64,000 bases of DNA from Candidatus Magasanikbacteria bacterium RIFCSPHIGHO2_01_FULL_33_34 (GCA_001782825.1 MFPS01000008.1:137012-201011), one strand, 5' to 3'. Positions 19,668 to 29,717 are shown, counted from the stretch's first letter. A program made the numbers and translations. The notes: generated by a model not told the origin, from the letters alone.

Positions 19668-20879
19668 ATGCACAAAACATCTGTTGGCTTAGATATTGCT
19701 GATCATACAATTGAAATAATTGAATTGGCAGAAGAAAATGGTAATATAAATGTTTTGAATTTAGGAAATTTTGCTTTGTCACCTAATATTGTTAAAAATG
19801 GTATTATAGAAAATAAAGAAAAACTTGCAGAAGCAATTAAAAAAATTTTTTCTTCAACAAAACCAGCACCAATAACTACCAAAAAGATAATCTTTGCTTT
19901 GCCAGAATCTCAGGTTTATATTCATTCTTTTTATTTAGGTGTTCATGATAAAAAAGACAGAGATGAATTGATTTTGCAAGAAATAAAGTCAAATGTACCA
20001 ATAAAAGCAAATGATTTATCTTTTTCTTATAAGATTATTTTAGAAAGTTCTGAAAAGACTGAGATTATAGCAATTGTTGCTAGCCAAAAGGTAGTAAAGG
20101 AATGGATTAATTTTTTTAAAAGTATAAAAATAGAAGTAGAGGTTTTGGATATTGAAACCCTTGCGGTTTTAAGGGGATTATTTCCAAACAAGATTGAAAA
20201 AATTTTTTGTGTTTTGGATATTGGTTCTAGGACATCGCATATCGCTATTTTTGGTAGTTTGGGTCTATATTATTCTTTTTCTTCTTATGTAGCTGGTGAT
20301 AGTATTACAAAAGCATTAAGCACTTCTTTAGATCTAAAAATTTCAGAAGCTGAATCTCTAAAATTAAAAGAAGGGTTATTGTCAAATGATAAAAAAATAG
20401 TAGAAATAATAAAAAATGAATTAAATAAATTAGTTAAAACTTTAAAAGAATCATTTGACTATGTGAAAGTAGAAAAACAAAAAGAAGTAGAAGAAATAGT
20501 CGTAATTGGTGGTACAAGTAAGCTAAAAGGTTTATTAGAATTTTTGAAAAAAGAATTATCTCAGCCAATTTCAATCGGATCGGTAAAAATTTATGATAAA
20601 AGAATACCGATTATATATGTAGAGGCTTATGGCTTGGCTTTACGAGGATTGGATAAAAAATGGGAAAAAAGTGACTTGGCTTTTTCTTTGGATATAAAAA
20701 AAGAAAAAACAAGAAAAAATGAAATTGTTATAACCAAAGAAAATAATAAAATTAGCCAATTATTTCAATTATTAAAATTTGAAAAAATAGACAAAAAAAT
20801 TCGTAATCAAATACTAATTTTGGTATCAGTTTTATTTTTTGGTGTAGTAATTTTGCTTGTAGTGTCTAGTATGAAATAG
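19668..20879 (+). CDS. pilM: Type IV pilus assembly protein PilM with C-terminal TM helix
   Basis: Actin-fold motifs GLDIAD, LDIGSRTS, IGGTSKL, GLALRG. ATG at 19668 preferred. Confidence 0.8.
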   Translation: MHKTSVGLDIADHTIEIIELAEENGNINVLNLGNFALSPNIVKNGIIENKEKLAEAIKKIFSSTKPAPITTKKIIFALPESQVYIHSFYLGVHDKKDRDELILQEIKSNVPIKANDLSFSYKIILESSEKTEIIAIVASQKVVKEWINFFKSIKIEVEVLDIETLAVLRGLFPNKIEKIFCVLDIGSRTSHIAIFGSLGLYYSFSSYVAGDSITKALSTSLDLKISEAESLKLKEGLLSNDKKIVEIIKNELNKLVKTLKESFDYVKVEKQKEVEEIVVIGGTSKLKGLLEFLKKELSQPISIGSVKIYDKRIPIIYVEAYGLALRGLDKKWEKSDLAFSLDIKKEKTRKNEIVITKENNKISQLFQLLKFEKIDKKIRNQILILVSVLFFGVVILLVVSSMK

Positions 20880-21003
20880 ATAATTATAGTAAAAATAGTA
20901 TATATTGTGGATATTGAGGTTAATTAAATTAGCTTTAATAATATATATTATGATATAATGTATTAGTATAAATTGTTTTAAATTTAATTACATAATTAAA
21001 CAT

Positions 21004-21495
21004 ATGAAAAAAATGAAGATGAATGGGTTCACCTTGATTGAACTCTTGATCGTAATTGCAATCATTGCAATCATTGCTGCGGTTGCGTTTGTTGCGCTTG
21101 ATCCTTTGACTCGTTTTAGGGATGCACGGGATTCAAGTAGGTGGTCTGATATATCAGCATTAATAAGTGCTATAAAAGTAGATCAGGTAGATAATAGAGG
21201 TTCTTATTTGTCAGCTATATCGGCTCTTGATACAGGGACTATTTATATGATAGGTGCCGGGTCATCTGCTTGTAATGCTACTTGTGATACTGCTCCAACC
21301 AGTACAAGTGCTTGTGTTAATTTAACAGGATTGGTGACAGAAGGTTATTTAGCAAGTGTGCCAATTAGTCCAAATGGTACTGGTTCGTGGGATTCTGATT
21401 ATACGGGATATACATTAGAGAGATCTACTACTGGGGCACTTACAGTTAGGGCTTGTGAATCAGAAAATAGCAGTGAAATACTATTGCAAAGATAA
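21004..21495 (+). CDS. Type IV pilin (major pilin candidate)
   Basis: G|FTLIELLIVIAII, ARDSSR, Cys pairs. Confidence 0.88.
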   Translation: MKKMKMNGFTLIELLIVIAIIAIIAAVAFVALDPLTRFRDARDSSRWSDISALISAIKVDQVDNRGSYLSAISALDTGTIYMIGAGSSACNATCDTAPTSTSACVNLTGLVTEGYLASVPISPNGTGSWDSDYTGYTLERSTTGALTVRACESENSSEILLQR

Positions 21496-21512
21496 AATTT
21501 TTACTTAGTATT

Positions 21513-22061
21513 ATGATAAAAAATAGGAGAAGTGGTTTTACATTGATTGAGCTTTTGATAGTAATAGCAATAATAGCAATTTTGGCAGTAGCAGTTTTTG
21601 TTTTACTAGATCCACTTACTAGATTTCAAGATTCACGCGATGCTGTGCGTTTTAATGATGCCGAGGCTATTGTTAATGCAATTCATTTGCATCAGGTTGA
21701 CAATGGGGGCATGTTTTTGAATGCAATTGCTAGTACCACAATCAATACTGATACTTGGTATATGATAATAGATGGTGGTGGAACTAGTGGTATGAATAGT
21801 GGATGTGATGATACTTATGATGATGGTAATTGTGATGCTTCTATTGTTGATGATGATGACTGTGTTGATTTAGATCAACTTGTTTCTGGCGGTTATTTGC
21901 CGAGTGTACCTATTAGCCCTAATGGTGTTGTTACTTGGGATGATGGTAAACTTAATGGTGATGAGGGGACTGGTTATGCCTTGCGTCATAACAAATATGG
22001 TAGTATTAGCATTCAAGCTTGTGAATCAGAGAATTATGACTCTATTATAGTTACAAAATAA
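21513..22061 (+). CDS. Type IV pilin, paralog of upstream pilin
   Basis: G|FTLIELLIVIAII; shares LDPLTRF, VPISPNG and ACESEN with 21004-21495. Confidence 0.88.
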   Translation: MIKNRRSGFTLIELLIVIAIIAILAVAVFVLLDPLTRFQDSRDAVRFNDAEAIVNAIHLHQVDNGGMFLNAIASTTINTDTWYMIIDGGGTSGMNSGCDDTYDDGNCDASIVDDDDCVDLDQLVSGGYLPSVPISPNGVVTWDDGKLNGDEGTGYALRHNKYGSISIQACESENYDSIIVTK

Positions 22062-22177
22062 CAATAAATTTTATTATATATATTATTAATTTTTGTGATA
22101 AGTCATAAGAAGTGTCATAAAATATATTTGTAAAAATTCACATAAACATAATAATTATAAAAATAATTGAGAATTGT

Positions 22178-22570
22178 ATGAAAGAAAAAATTTTAATCGT
22201 TGAGGATGAAAAAACTTTGCGTAATGCAATTAAAATAAAACTTGATAAAATTGGTTATAAGGTATTGGAAGCTAAAAATGGAAGAGAAGGATTAGAAATA
22301 GCTTTAAAAGAGAAACCTGATTTAATATTGCTTGATATAGTTATGCCTATTATGGATGGAATGAAAATGCTTAAAAGATTGAGGAAAAATAAAGGTTCAG
22401 AACATATATTAGTTATTGTATTAACTAATATATCTGATGCAGAAAAGATTGAAGAAAGTCTTGGCAGTGGAGTATGTGATTATTTAATAAAATCTGATTG
22501 GAAATTAGATGAATTGGTACAAAAAATAAAGGAGAGAATAGATGCTAATTGTATAATAAATAAAAAATAA
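22178..22570 (+). CDS. Single-domain response regulator
   Basis: IVEDE, LLDIVMP, TN, YLIK. Confidence 0.9.
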   Translation: MKEKILIVEDEKTLRNAIKIKLDKIGYKVLEAKNGREGLEIALKEKPDLILLDIVMPIMDGMKMLKRLRKNKGSEHILVIVLTNISDAEKIEESLGSGVCDYLIKSDWKLDELVQKIKERIDANCIINKK

Positions 22571-22574
22571 GATT

Positions 22575-22817
22575 ATGAATATAAAGATATATACAACTCC
22601 AACTTGTCCATATTGTGAGCGTGCCAAAGAATTGCTTAATTCAATCAATTTAGAATATAAAGAAGTTGATGTTGAATCTAATCCAGAAGAGAGGGTTAAG
22701 TTGATTGAAGATTATCAATGGATGACAGTGCCAGCAGTATTTATTGATGATAAGCTTGTAGGTGGCTATGATGATTTGGTAAAGATTCATTCTGAAGGAA
22801 AATTATTTACTAAATAA
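22575..22817 (+). CDS. Glutaredoxin
   Basis: CPYC, TVP, GGYDD. Confidence 0.9.
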   Translation: MNIKIYTTPTCPYCERAKELLNSINLEYKEVDVESNPEERVKLIEDYQWMTVPAVFIDDKLVGGYDDLVKIHSEGKLFTK

Positions 22818-22896
22818 TTTGTCAACATTTAATTTGATAAATTTAATATAAAAATTAAATATATATTTTATATATAATTAATTTTTAAATTGTAAT

Positions 22897-23127
22897 ATGA
22901 AAGTAGAAATATATTCTACTCCAACTTGTCCATATTGTTTGAAAGCTAAAGAGTATTTCAAGGAAAATAAGGTAGAATTTGTAGAGCATAATGTGGCTGA
23001 AGATCAAGACAGGGGACGAGAGATGGTTGAAAAATCTGGTCAAATGGGTGTGCCAGTAATATTGATAGGGGATGAGGTTGTGGTAGGGTTTAATAAATCA
23101 AAGATTGATAAAGCATTGGGGCTATAA
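22897..23127 (+). CDS. Glutaredoxin-like NrdH/YruB family redoxin
   Basis: CPYC, SGQMGVP, VGF. Confidence 0.88.
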   Translation: MKVEIYSTPTCPYCLKAKEYFKENKVEFVEHNVAEDQDRGREMVEKSGQMGVPVILIGDEVVVGFNKSKIDKALGL

Positions 23128-23160
23128 AGAAACTATATAGAAATATATAGTTTCTTTTTC
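23126..23160 (+). terminator. Intrinsic terminator
   Basis: 14-bp stem AAAGAAACTATATA-gaaa-TATATAGTTTCTTT ending in a T-run. Confidence 0.7.
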
Positions 23161-23203
23161 GGTATTATGATATAATATTGTTATAATTGTAGTAAATATT
23201 TAT

Positions 23204-24931
23204 ATGAATTTTATAAAAAAATTCAAAGTTTTAATTATATTTGTCATAATTTTATTAGCTGTTGTAGGATATTTTTTATTAAAACCAGAAAAACCACCTA
23301 GGATTGATACTGTAAAAGTTGAACTTACAGATTTAAAGCAATTTGTGAGTGTTGTTGGTAATGTAAAAGCTGCAAAAAATGCAGATCTTGCATTTGAAAA
23401 TGGTGGTAAGGTTAGTAAGGTGCACTTTGATGTTGGTGATCATGTTAATGCTGGTGATGTGCTTGCAGAACTTAATGTGGCTGATTTACAAGCTGATTTA
23501 CAACAAGCAAAAGCACAGGTATCAAGTGCGGAAGCAACTTTGGGACAATATAAAGCAGTGCTTAGTGCAGAACAAGCAAGGCTTGACGAAATGAAAAGTG
23601 GGACTCGTCTAGAAGAGATCAAAATTGCACAGACCAAAGTAGACAATGCAAAATCAGATCTGTCTATTGCTAAACTTGATTTGGAAACTACAAAAACAAA
23701 AGCCCAAACAGATTTAGAAAATTTGTATGATGATGTTATAAATACATTAAATGATGGTCATACAAAGGCTGATAATGCTATCAATACTCAACTTGATGAT
23801 TTGTTTACAAATGTAAATAATGTTGATTTTACATTTGAACCAAATAACTCTCAATTGGAAGTCAATGCTCTTACGGCTCGAAGGGATTCATTACTAGAAT
23901 TAACAAAATTACGTACTGAAATTGATAAAGTTCATACTAGTAATTTAGATTTTGATAATGCATTGTCAGTAGGTAAAACTAGTCTTCTCGCTGTAAGATA
24001 TTTTTTGAATTTAGTCGGGGATGTATTGGATGGAGATGTAAGTTTATCAACTGCAACTTTAGCTACTTATAAAACCAATTTGAATACTGCTAAAACAAAT
24101 GTTAATACTGCACTTACTAGTATTTCAAATCTTCAACAGTCAATTTTGGCTCAAAAAAATACAAATATTGATAATATAAATTCTATACAGGCAATTGTAG
24201 ATGGAGCAGAGTTTGATTTGAGATCAGCAGAAGATGAACTTAATTTGAAATTAGCTGGATACACAAAAGAACAAGTTGACGCGCAAACTGCCAAAGTTCA
24301 ACAGGCGGAGGCTAATATAGTTTCACAAAGAGCTATTATTAATCAAAAAAATGCTAGTGTAGAAAGTGCTCAAGCAAAAATAGAAAAAAATATTATACAT
24401 TCTCCTATAAAAGGTGTAATAACTAAACAGGATGCAAAAGAAGGGGAGATAGTATCTGCAAATACTATTGTTATATCAATAATTTCTGAATTAGAATTTG
24501 AAATAGAAGCATATATAACAGAGGTGGATATATCCAAAATAAAGATTGGTAATAAAGCTCAAGTCGTACTTGATGCTTATGGGGATGATGAATTATTTGA
24601 AGCAAGTGTGGTTTCAATAGATCCAGCCGAAAGAGTGATTGAGGGTGTATCAACATACAAAACAACATTACAATTTAGTAATGGAGTTGAAAAAATACGT
24701 TCAGGTATGACAGCAGATTTAGAAATAATGACAAATCATCTGGAGAATATAATCGCAATCCCTCTTAGAGCTGTTTTAAACAAAGATAATAATAAAGTTG
24801 TAAGAAAACTTGTTAATGGTGAAATTGTTTATGAAAATGTTACAACTGGTTTGCGTGGATCAGATGGCAAAGTAGAAATATTAAGCGGTATTAAAGAAGG
24901 CGAGATTATAATTACATTTATAGAAGAATAA
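23204..24931 (+). CDS. Membrane fusion (HlyD/MacA-like) adaptor with long coiled coil
   Basis: TM anchor, GKV...VGDHV..GDVLA lipoyl half, SPIKG, GMTA. Confidence 0.85.
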   Translation: MNFIKKFKVLIIFVIILLAVVGYFLLKPEKPPRIDTVKVELTDLKQFVSVVGNVKAAKNADLAFENGGKVSKVHFDVGDHVNAGDVLAELNVADLQADLQQAKAQVSSAEATLGQYKAVLSAEQARLDEMKSGTRLEEIKIAQTKVDNAKSDLSIAKLDLETTKTKAQTDLENLYDDVINTLNDGHTKADNAINTQLDDLFTNVNNVDFTFEPNNSQLEVNALTARRDSLLELTKLRTEIDKVHTSNLDFDNALSVGKTSLLAVRYFLNLVGDVLDGDVSLSTATLATYKTNLNTAKTNVNTALTSISNLQQSILAQKNTNIDNINSIQAIVDGAEFDLRSAEDELNLKLAGYTKEQVDAQTAKVQQAEANIVSQRAIINQKNASVESAQAKIEKNIIHSPIKGVITKQDAKEGEIVSANTIVISIISELEFEIEAYITEVDISKIKIGNKAQVVLDAYGDDELFEASVVSIDPAERVIEGVSTYKTTLQFSNGVEKIRSGMTADLEIMTNHLENIIAIPLRAVLNKDNNKVVRKLVNGEIVYENVTTGLRGSDGKVEILSGIKEGEIIITFIEE

Positions 24932-24936
24932 ATTAT

Positions 24937-25641
24937 ATGCCTTTGCTTGAAATAAAAGATTTGAAAAAAATTTATTCAATTGATGAGGTTGAAACCTACG
25001 CTCTTCGCGGGGTTTCATTTAATGTTGAGGAAGGTGAATTTATTGCTATTACTGGTCCGTCTGGTTCTGGTAAGTCTACTCTATTACATATATTAGGTTT
25101 TTTAGATAAACCAACTACTGGGGAGTATAAATTTTCTGGAAAAATGATTGATAAATATTCTGAAAATGAATCAGCAGTATTTAGAAACAAAGAAATTGGT
25201 TTTGTTTTTCAATCGTTTAATCTTTTGGCTAGGACAAGTGTTATTGACAATATAAAACTTCCATTAATGTATTCCGATATACCAGAAAAAAATTGGCATA
25301 ATTTAGCAACTAAAGCGATTGAAGAAGTTGGCTTGTCTCATAGAGTACATCATTATCCCTCACAACTCTCCGGTGGAGAAAAACAAAGAACAGCAATAGC
25401 ACGTGCACTTATAACTAATCCAAAGATAATATTTGCTGATGAACCAACTGGTAATTTGGATACAAAGACAGGGGAATCTATTATGGCTATTTTTGATAAG
25501 TTAAATAGAATAAATAGGCATACCCTTATTTTGATTACTCATGAAAAAGAAGTGGCAAATTATGCTGATAGAATTATTCATATACGGGATGGAAAGATTG
25601 AATATGATAGATTAACCAAAAATGGTAAAAATAATATATGA
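24937..25641 (+). CDS. ABC transporter ATP-binding protein (MacB/LolD type)
   Basis: GPSGSGKS, LSGGEKQR, ADEPTGNLD, TH. Confidence 0.93.
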   Translation: MPLLEIKDLKKIYSIDEVETYALRGVSFNVEEGEFIAITGPSGSGKSTLLHILGFLDKPTTGEYKFSGKMIDKYSENESAVFRNKEIGFVFQSFNLLARTSVIDNIKLPLMYSDIPEKNWHNLATKAIEEVGLSHRVHHYPSQLSGGEKQRTAIARALITNPKIIFADEPTGNLDTKTGESIMAIFDKLNRINRHTLILITHEKEVANYADRIIHIRDGKIEYDRLTKNGKNNI

Positions 25642-26882
25642 AGATTAGTAGTACATTCAAAATTTCTTTTGTAGCCTTAAATGCCAACAAATTACGATCT
25701 AGCTTGACTATTTTGGGCATAGTTATTGGTATAACTGCTATAATGGTAGTTGTTTCTGTTGGTAGAAGTGCTGAAAATATGATTTTGGGTGAAATTGGTG
25801 GCATGGGTGCTGAGATGATAGTTATTAGACCTGGAAAAGAGCCAAAAGGACCAACTGATATAGCTGGATCACTATTATCAAATTCTCTTAAAACACAGGA
25901 TGTTGAAGCATTAAGAAATAAAAATAATGTACCTTATTTGGAAGATTTGGCTCCGGCTGTGATAGTACCCGGTAGTGTTTCATATTCTGGTGAAACTTAT
26001 ACACCAGTTATTTTCGGTTGGGTGCCGGATTTAATGGTAAAAATGTTTGATATCTATGCCGATGAGGGAACATTTTTTACAGATGCAGATATCAAACAGA
26101 AAGCAAATGTAGTAATAATAGGTGCAAAAGTTAAAAAAGAACTGTTTGGTGATTCTGATGCAGTTGGAAAAAATATCAAAATTAAAAATAAAAGTTTTAA
26201 AGTTGTCAGTACTATTGCCCCTATAGGCCAAGTTGGTTTTTTTAATGTGGATGATATGGTATTACTGCCATATACAACTGCTCAAACATATTTATTAGGC
26301 ATTGATCATTATCATGAAGTGATTGTGATGGCAAAAAGTCCAGAGTTGGTAGATGCTACAGTGGTAGATATAGAAAGAACATTAAGAGAAATGCATAATA
26401 TTACTGATGAATCAAAAGATGATTTTTTTATAGTTACACAGGAAGGTGTAGTTGAACAAGTCAAGACAATTGTTGGTGCGCTTACAATATTTTTGTCAGT
26501 AGTAGTAGCGATATCATTATTAGTTGGAGGAATTGGTATTATGAATATAATGTTTGTATCTGTGACTGAGAGAACTCGTGAGATTGGATTGCGTAAAGCT
26601 ATGGGAGCAACCAAAAAAGATATTATGTTTCAGTTTTTGATTGAAGCAATTTTATTAACTGGTATGGGTGGTTTAATTGGAGTAATTTTGGGGGCTGGTT
26701 TTTCTTATATTGGTTCATTTGCATTGGGACAAGCTATGGGTACAATTGTAAAATTTAGTTTTCCTCTTAGTGCTGCTATTCTTGGTATTTCTGTTTCTGC
26801 TTTTGTTGGATTAGTTTTTGGTTTGTATCCAGCGCGCAAGGCTGCCAACAAAGACGCAATTGAAGCACTTCGTTATGAGTAG
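25638..26882 (+). CDS. ABC transporter permease (MacB/FtsX family)
   Basis: RSSLTILGIVIG, GGIGIMNIM...TERTREIGLRKAMGA, EALRYE. Confidence 0.92.
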   Translation: MKISSTFKISFVALNANKLRSSLTILGIVIGITAIMVVVSVGRSAENMILGEIGGMGAEMIVIRPGKEPKGPTDIAGSLLSNSLKTQDVEALRNKNNVPYLEDLAPAVIVPGSVSYSGETYTPVIFGWVPDLMVKMFDIYADEGTFFTDADIKQKANVVIIGAKVKKELFGDSDAVGKNIKIKNKSFKVVSTIAPIGQVGFFNVDDMVLLPYTTAQTYLLGIDHYHEVIVMAKSPELVDATVVDIERTLREMHNITDESKDDFFIVTQEGVVEQVKTIVGALTIFLSVVVAISLLVGGIGIMNIMFVSVTERTREIGLRKAMGATKKDIMFQFLIEAILLTGMGGLIGVILGAGFSYIGSFALGQAMGTIVKFSFPLSAAILGISVSAFVGLVFGLYPARKAANKDAIEALRYE

Positions 26883-26886
26883 TTTA

Positions 26887-26963
26887 TTGACAGTATAAAA
26901 TATCTAAAATACAATAGATATAGGTTGTTTGCGTTCTTTATAATTTTTCATCACAGAATGGAG
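26887..26963 (+). promoter_or_regulatory. Promoter + boxA-like leader + SD of protease 1
   Basis: TTGACA(26887)-17-TACAAT(26910); CGTTCTTTATAATTT 26932-26946; GGAG 26960-26963. Confidence 0.65.
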
Positions 26964-26970
26964 TACAAAA

Positions 26971-27798
26971 GTGAAAAAAACAAAAATTTATTTACTTTTT
27001 ATTTTAACATGGTTATTGATCGTAATAGTTTATATATTATTGCCAGTACAAACTATAAAAAAAGAAGATTTTAATCTTTATTATAGTGAAGTAAATACAC
27101 AAAGAGTTATTTCATCCACTGCTCAAGTTACAATTTTTAATAATGAAAAAATATATTTATGTACAGCTTTTGCATATAAACGTGAAGGAAATTTATATTA
27201 TTTTGCAACCGCAGCACACTGTGTAGCAGATATGGATGATGAAAACAAAAATATTATTAAACGTTATGATAATGTAATGTTACAAATCTCAGATGATCTT
27301 AATAATTCTGAAAAAGATTCATATATTGCTGAAGTCGTAGGGGTTGGTTATGAACCTGTGGGTGATGATTTTGCGATATTAACAGCAACAATTGATAAAT
27401 ATATACCTTTGTTAGATTTTTCTGGTATTGAGCCTATGTTAGGTAATTGTGTGTTAAATGTGAGCTTTCCAGCTAAGTCTGATGGGAATATATTTATGGG
27501 ATATATAACAAATATAAATTATCAAATAGATATAGAAAGTAAGTCTATCATTTATCATACTGTAGTAGCTAAACTATTTGGTATAGAAATAGCTGGTGGC
27601 GCATCAGGTTCTGCACTTGTTAGTTGTTCATCAGCTAAAGTATATGGTGTTGTAGTAGCCTCTACTGGTAATGAAGTTAGTCTTGTTGCAATTCCCGTTC
27701 AGAAATTTATTGATTTTGAGCAAAAAATAATTAAAAAAGAATATTTATATAAATTAATGCCAAAAGAGCCAGGGTTTTGTCCAATTGATGAAAAATAA
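26971..27798 (+). CDS. Trypsin-like (S1) serine protease, membrane-anchored
   Basis: TAAHCV, DDFAIL, GASGS catalytic triad motifs; N-terminal TM; GTG start with SD. Confidence 0.8.
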   Translation: MKKTKIYLLFILTWLLIVIVYILLPVQTIKKEDFNLYYSEVNTQRVISSTAQVTIFNNEKIYLCTAFAYKREGNLYYFATAAHCVADMDDENKNIIKRYDNVMLQISDDLNNSEKDSYIAEVVGVGYEPVGDDFAILTATIDKYIPLLDFSGIEPMLGNCVLNVSFPAKSDGNIFMGYITNINYQIDIESKSIIYHTVVAKLFGIEIAGGASGSALVSCSSAKVYGVVVASTGNEVSLVAIPVQKFIDFEQKIIKKEYLYKLMPKEPGFCPIDEK

Positions 27799-27853
27799 AT
27801 CAGCGCATCAGTCGTTCTTTATAATTTATCCGATGTAAACAGAGAGGTGAAAA

Positions 27854-28615
27854 ATGCCTTTTTTGAATCATTTCAAAAATGTATTTTTTTGTTTTCTTAC
27901 TTTCTTTATTTTAAATGGTTGCTTACAAAAATCATTTAGACATGATAGATGCATGGTGTGGAAAAATCCGCATCAAGAATACATTATGTTTATGTCAGTT
28001 CCAAAAGTTATCATTTATAAAGAAAAAAATAGTACAGCTTCATGTACCGCATTCCCATACCGTTTTGAGAATAATAAGTATTATTTTGTAACAGCAGCAC
28101 ATTGTGTTGCTGAAGATGATTTAAATACTAAAAAAGTAAAAATCTTGGCTAAAAAGGTGGAATTAGATTTTAGATTATATCCATTTTATAAAACAAAACC
28201 AGTTGAGGCAAAAATCGTAGCTGTTGGTTATAAAGAGGTTGGTGATGATTTTGCTATACTTGAAGTAGAATTATCATTTAATGTTGCATTATTAAAATTT
28301 TCTCATAAAGAAGCTGTGGTAGGAGAATGTGTGTTGAATGTGAGTTATCCTAAAGAGGCAAAAGGAAATATTTTTTATGGGACTATTTCTCAAATAAATA
28401 AGAAAAGTCCACAATTTATAGTTAATTTTGATAATATTAATGATGCACACGGATCCTCTGGTTCTGCAATTGTGTCTTGTGAGTCGAATGAAATATTAGG
28501 TATATTAGTATCTCAACATACTGTAGATAGACGAAATATATACTATATTAAAATTGATGATTTTATAAATTTTGAAAGACAAGTAAGAAAAGGTAAATAT
28601 ACATATTATAAGTAA
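27854..28615 (+). CDS. Trypsin-like (S1) serine protease, putative lipoprotein
   Basis: TAAHCV, DDFAIL, GSSGS; lipobox-like LNGC; SD GAGGTG. Confidence 0.8.
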   Translation: MPFLNHFKNVFFCFLTFFILNGCLQKSFRHDRCMVWKNPHQEYIMFMSVPKVIIYKEKNSTASCTAFPYRFENNKYYFVTAAHCVAEDDLNTKKVKILAKKVELDFRLYPFYKTKPVEAKIVAVGYKEVGDDFAILEVELSFNVALLKFSHKEAVVGECVLNVSYPKEAKGNIFYGTISQINKKSPQFIVNFDNINDAHGSSGSAIVSCESNEILGILVSQHTVDRRNIYYIKIDDFINFERQVRKGKYTYYK

Positions 28616-28648
28616 AAAAATAATATGAAAAAAAACATCGGAAATTAT

Positions 28649-28680
28649 AAGGGCCTTGTTAAAACAAGGCCCTTTGTTAT
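28649..28680 (+). terminator. Intrinsic terminator
   Basis: Perfect 12-bp IR AAGGGCCTTGTT-aa-AACAAGGCCCTT followed by a T-rich tail. Confidence 0.75.
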
Positions 28681-28754
28681 TTGACATGAAATTATTAATA
28701 AAATACACTAATTAGTGAGTCTGTTCATTAAAATTTATGACATTCAATCAGGAG
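28681..28754 (+). promoter_or_regulatory. Promoter + boxA-like leader + SD of protease 3
   Basis: TTGACA(28681)-17-TACACT(28704); TGTTCATTAAAATTT 28722-28736; AGGAG 28750-28754. Confidence 0.6.
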
Positions 28755-28761
28755 AAAGACA

Positions 28762-29679
28762 ATGAAATTTTTTGTAGACAAATTTTTAATTTTGATATCC
28801 ACTTTTTTATTTTTTGGGTGTGGTGCATTTATATCAAATACCAAAAAGACAGAACTTGATACGGCAGAGTTATTAATGAATGCTAGTGTAAGGTTACATT
28901 GGCAATTGGTCAGTGGTGGTGAAACACTTGATCAGTGTGGTGCTACCGTAATTGCAAAAAATAATAATAAGTATGAAGTTCTTACTGCGCTTCATTGTGT
29001 AGGAATTTATAATGTAAAAACACAAAAGACAACATTATTTACTACATTATTACCTATTAAATTTGCATTGGTCTTTGAAGATTCAAAAACTACTTTAAAA
29101 AAGACTGTAAATGCAAATGTTATTGCTTATGGCGATATGGCTAAGTTTGAAGATTTTGCCATACTTGAGATAGAAATAGACCATAAAATTAATTTACCAC
29201 CTATTTATAAAGGAAATGAACCATTAAAAATCAATGAACCACTTGCGTTGGTAGTGGCGCCACTTTCTGAGATAGGAAATTTATATTTAAATGCTTATGT
29301 GAGTAAGCCTAGTATTAAAGTAGAATTTGTACTTGATGGTGTTAATAAACAGGGTGCAGTACCAATACAAGTCAGTGGTTTGGGTATTGGTAAAGGTTCA
29401 TCTGGCTCATCAGTGATGAGTATCAAAAAAAATAAAATTGTTGGTGTAGTTTCAATGTCATCATGGAATAATCAGGGACATGTTACACTAATGATGTGTC
29501 CAATTTCCAAATTTAATATTTTTTATTCTAGGTATAAAAAAGGTAATTCAAAAATTCCAAATACATCTGATATATCAGATATAACTTCAATTTGTGAGGT
29601 AAATACTGAAGTGTGTGGTAAACTTTTGGAGGATTTTCAATCTTTGGTCAACATGCAAAAGAATGAGCATAAATTATAG
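28762..29679 (+). CDS. Trypsin-like (S1) serine protease, putative lipoprotein
   Basis: TALHCV, EDFAIL, GSSGS; lipobox-like FFGC. Confidence 0.78.
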   Translation: MKFFVDKFLILISTFLFFGCGAFISNTKKTELDTAELLMNASVRLHWQLVSGGETLDQCGATVIAKNNNKYEVLTALHCVGIYNVKTQKTTLFTTLLPIKFALVFEDSKTTLKKTVNANVIAYGDMAKFEDFAILEIEIDHKINLPPIYKGNEPLKINEPLALVVAPLSEIGNLYLNAYVSKPSIKVEFVLDGVNKQGAVPIQVSGLGIGKGSSGSSVMSIKKNKIVGVVSMSSWNNQGHVTLMMCPISKFNIFYSRYKKGNSKIPNTSDISDITSICEVNTEVCGKLLEDFQSLVNMQKNEHKL

Positions 29680-29691
29680 TGGTACAATACT

Positions 29692-29717
29692 AGAGCTCTT
29701 GGTTTTCCAAGAGCTCT
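29692..29717 (+). terminator. Hairpin after protease 3 (probable terminator)
   Basis: Perfect 11-bp stem AGAGCTCTTGG-tttt-CCAAGAGCTCT; weak U-tract. Confidence 0.55.

Noticed and set aside
22095-22120. GTCATAA direct repeat upstream of a response regulator, resembling a Pho box
   Set aside because: Spacing is 12 rather than 11 bp and no DNA-binding OmpR-type regulator is in the window.
22575-23127. Identical ~20-bp stretch shared by the two glutaredoxin genes
   Set aside because: Covers only the conserved TPTCPYC active site; explained by paralogy and codon bias.
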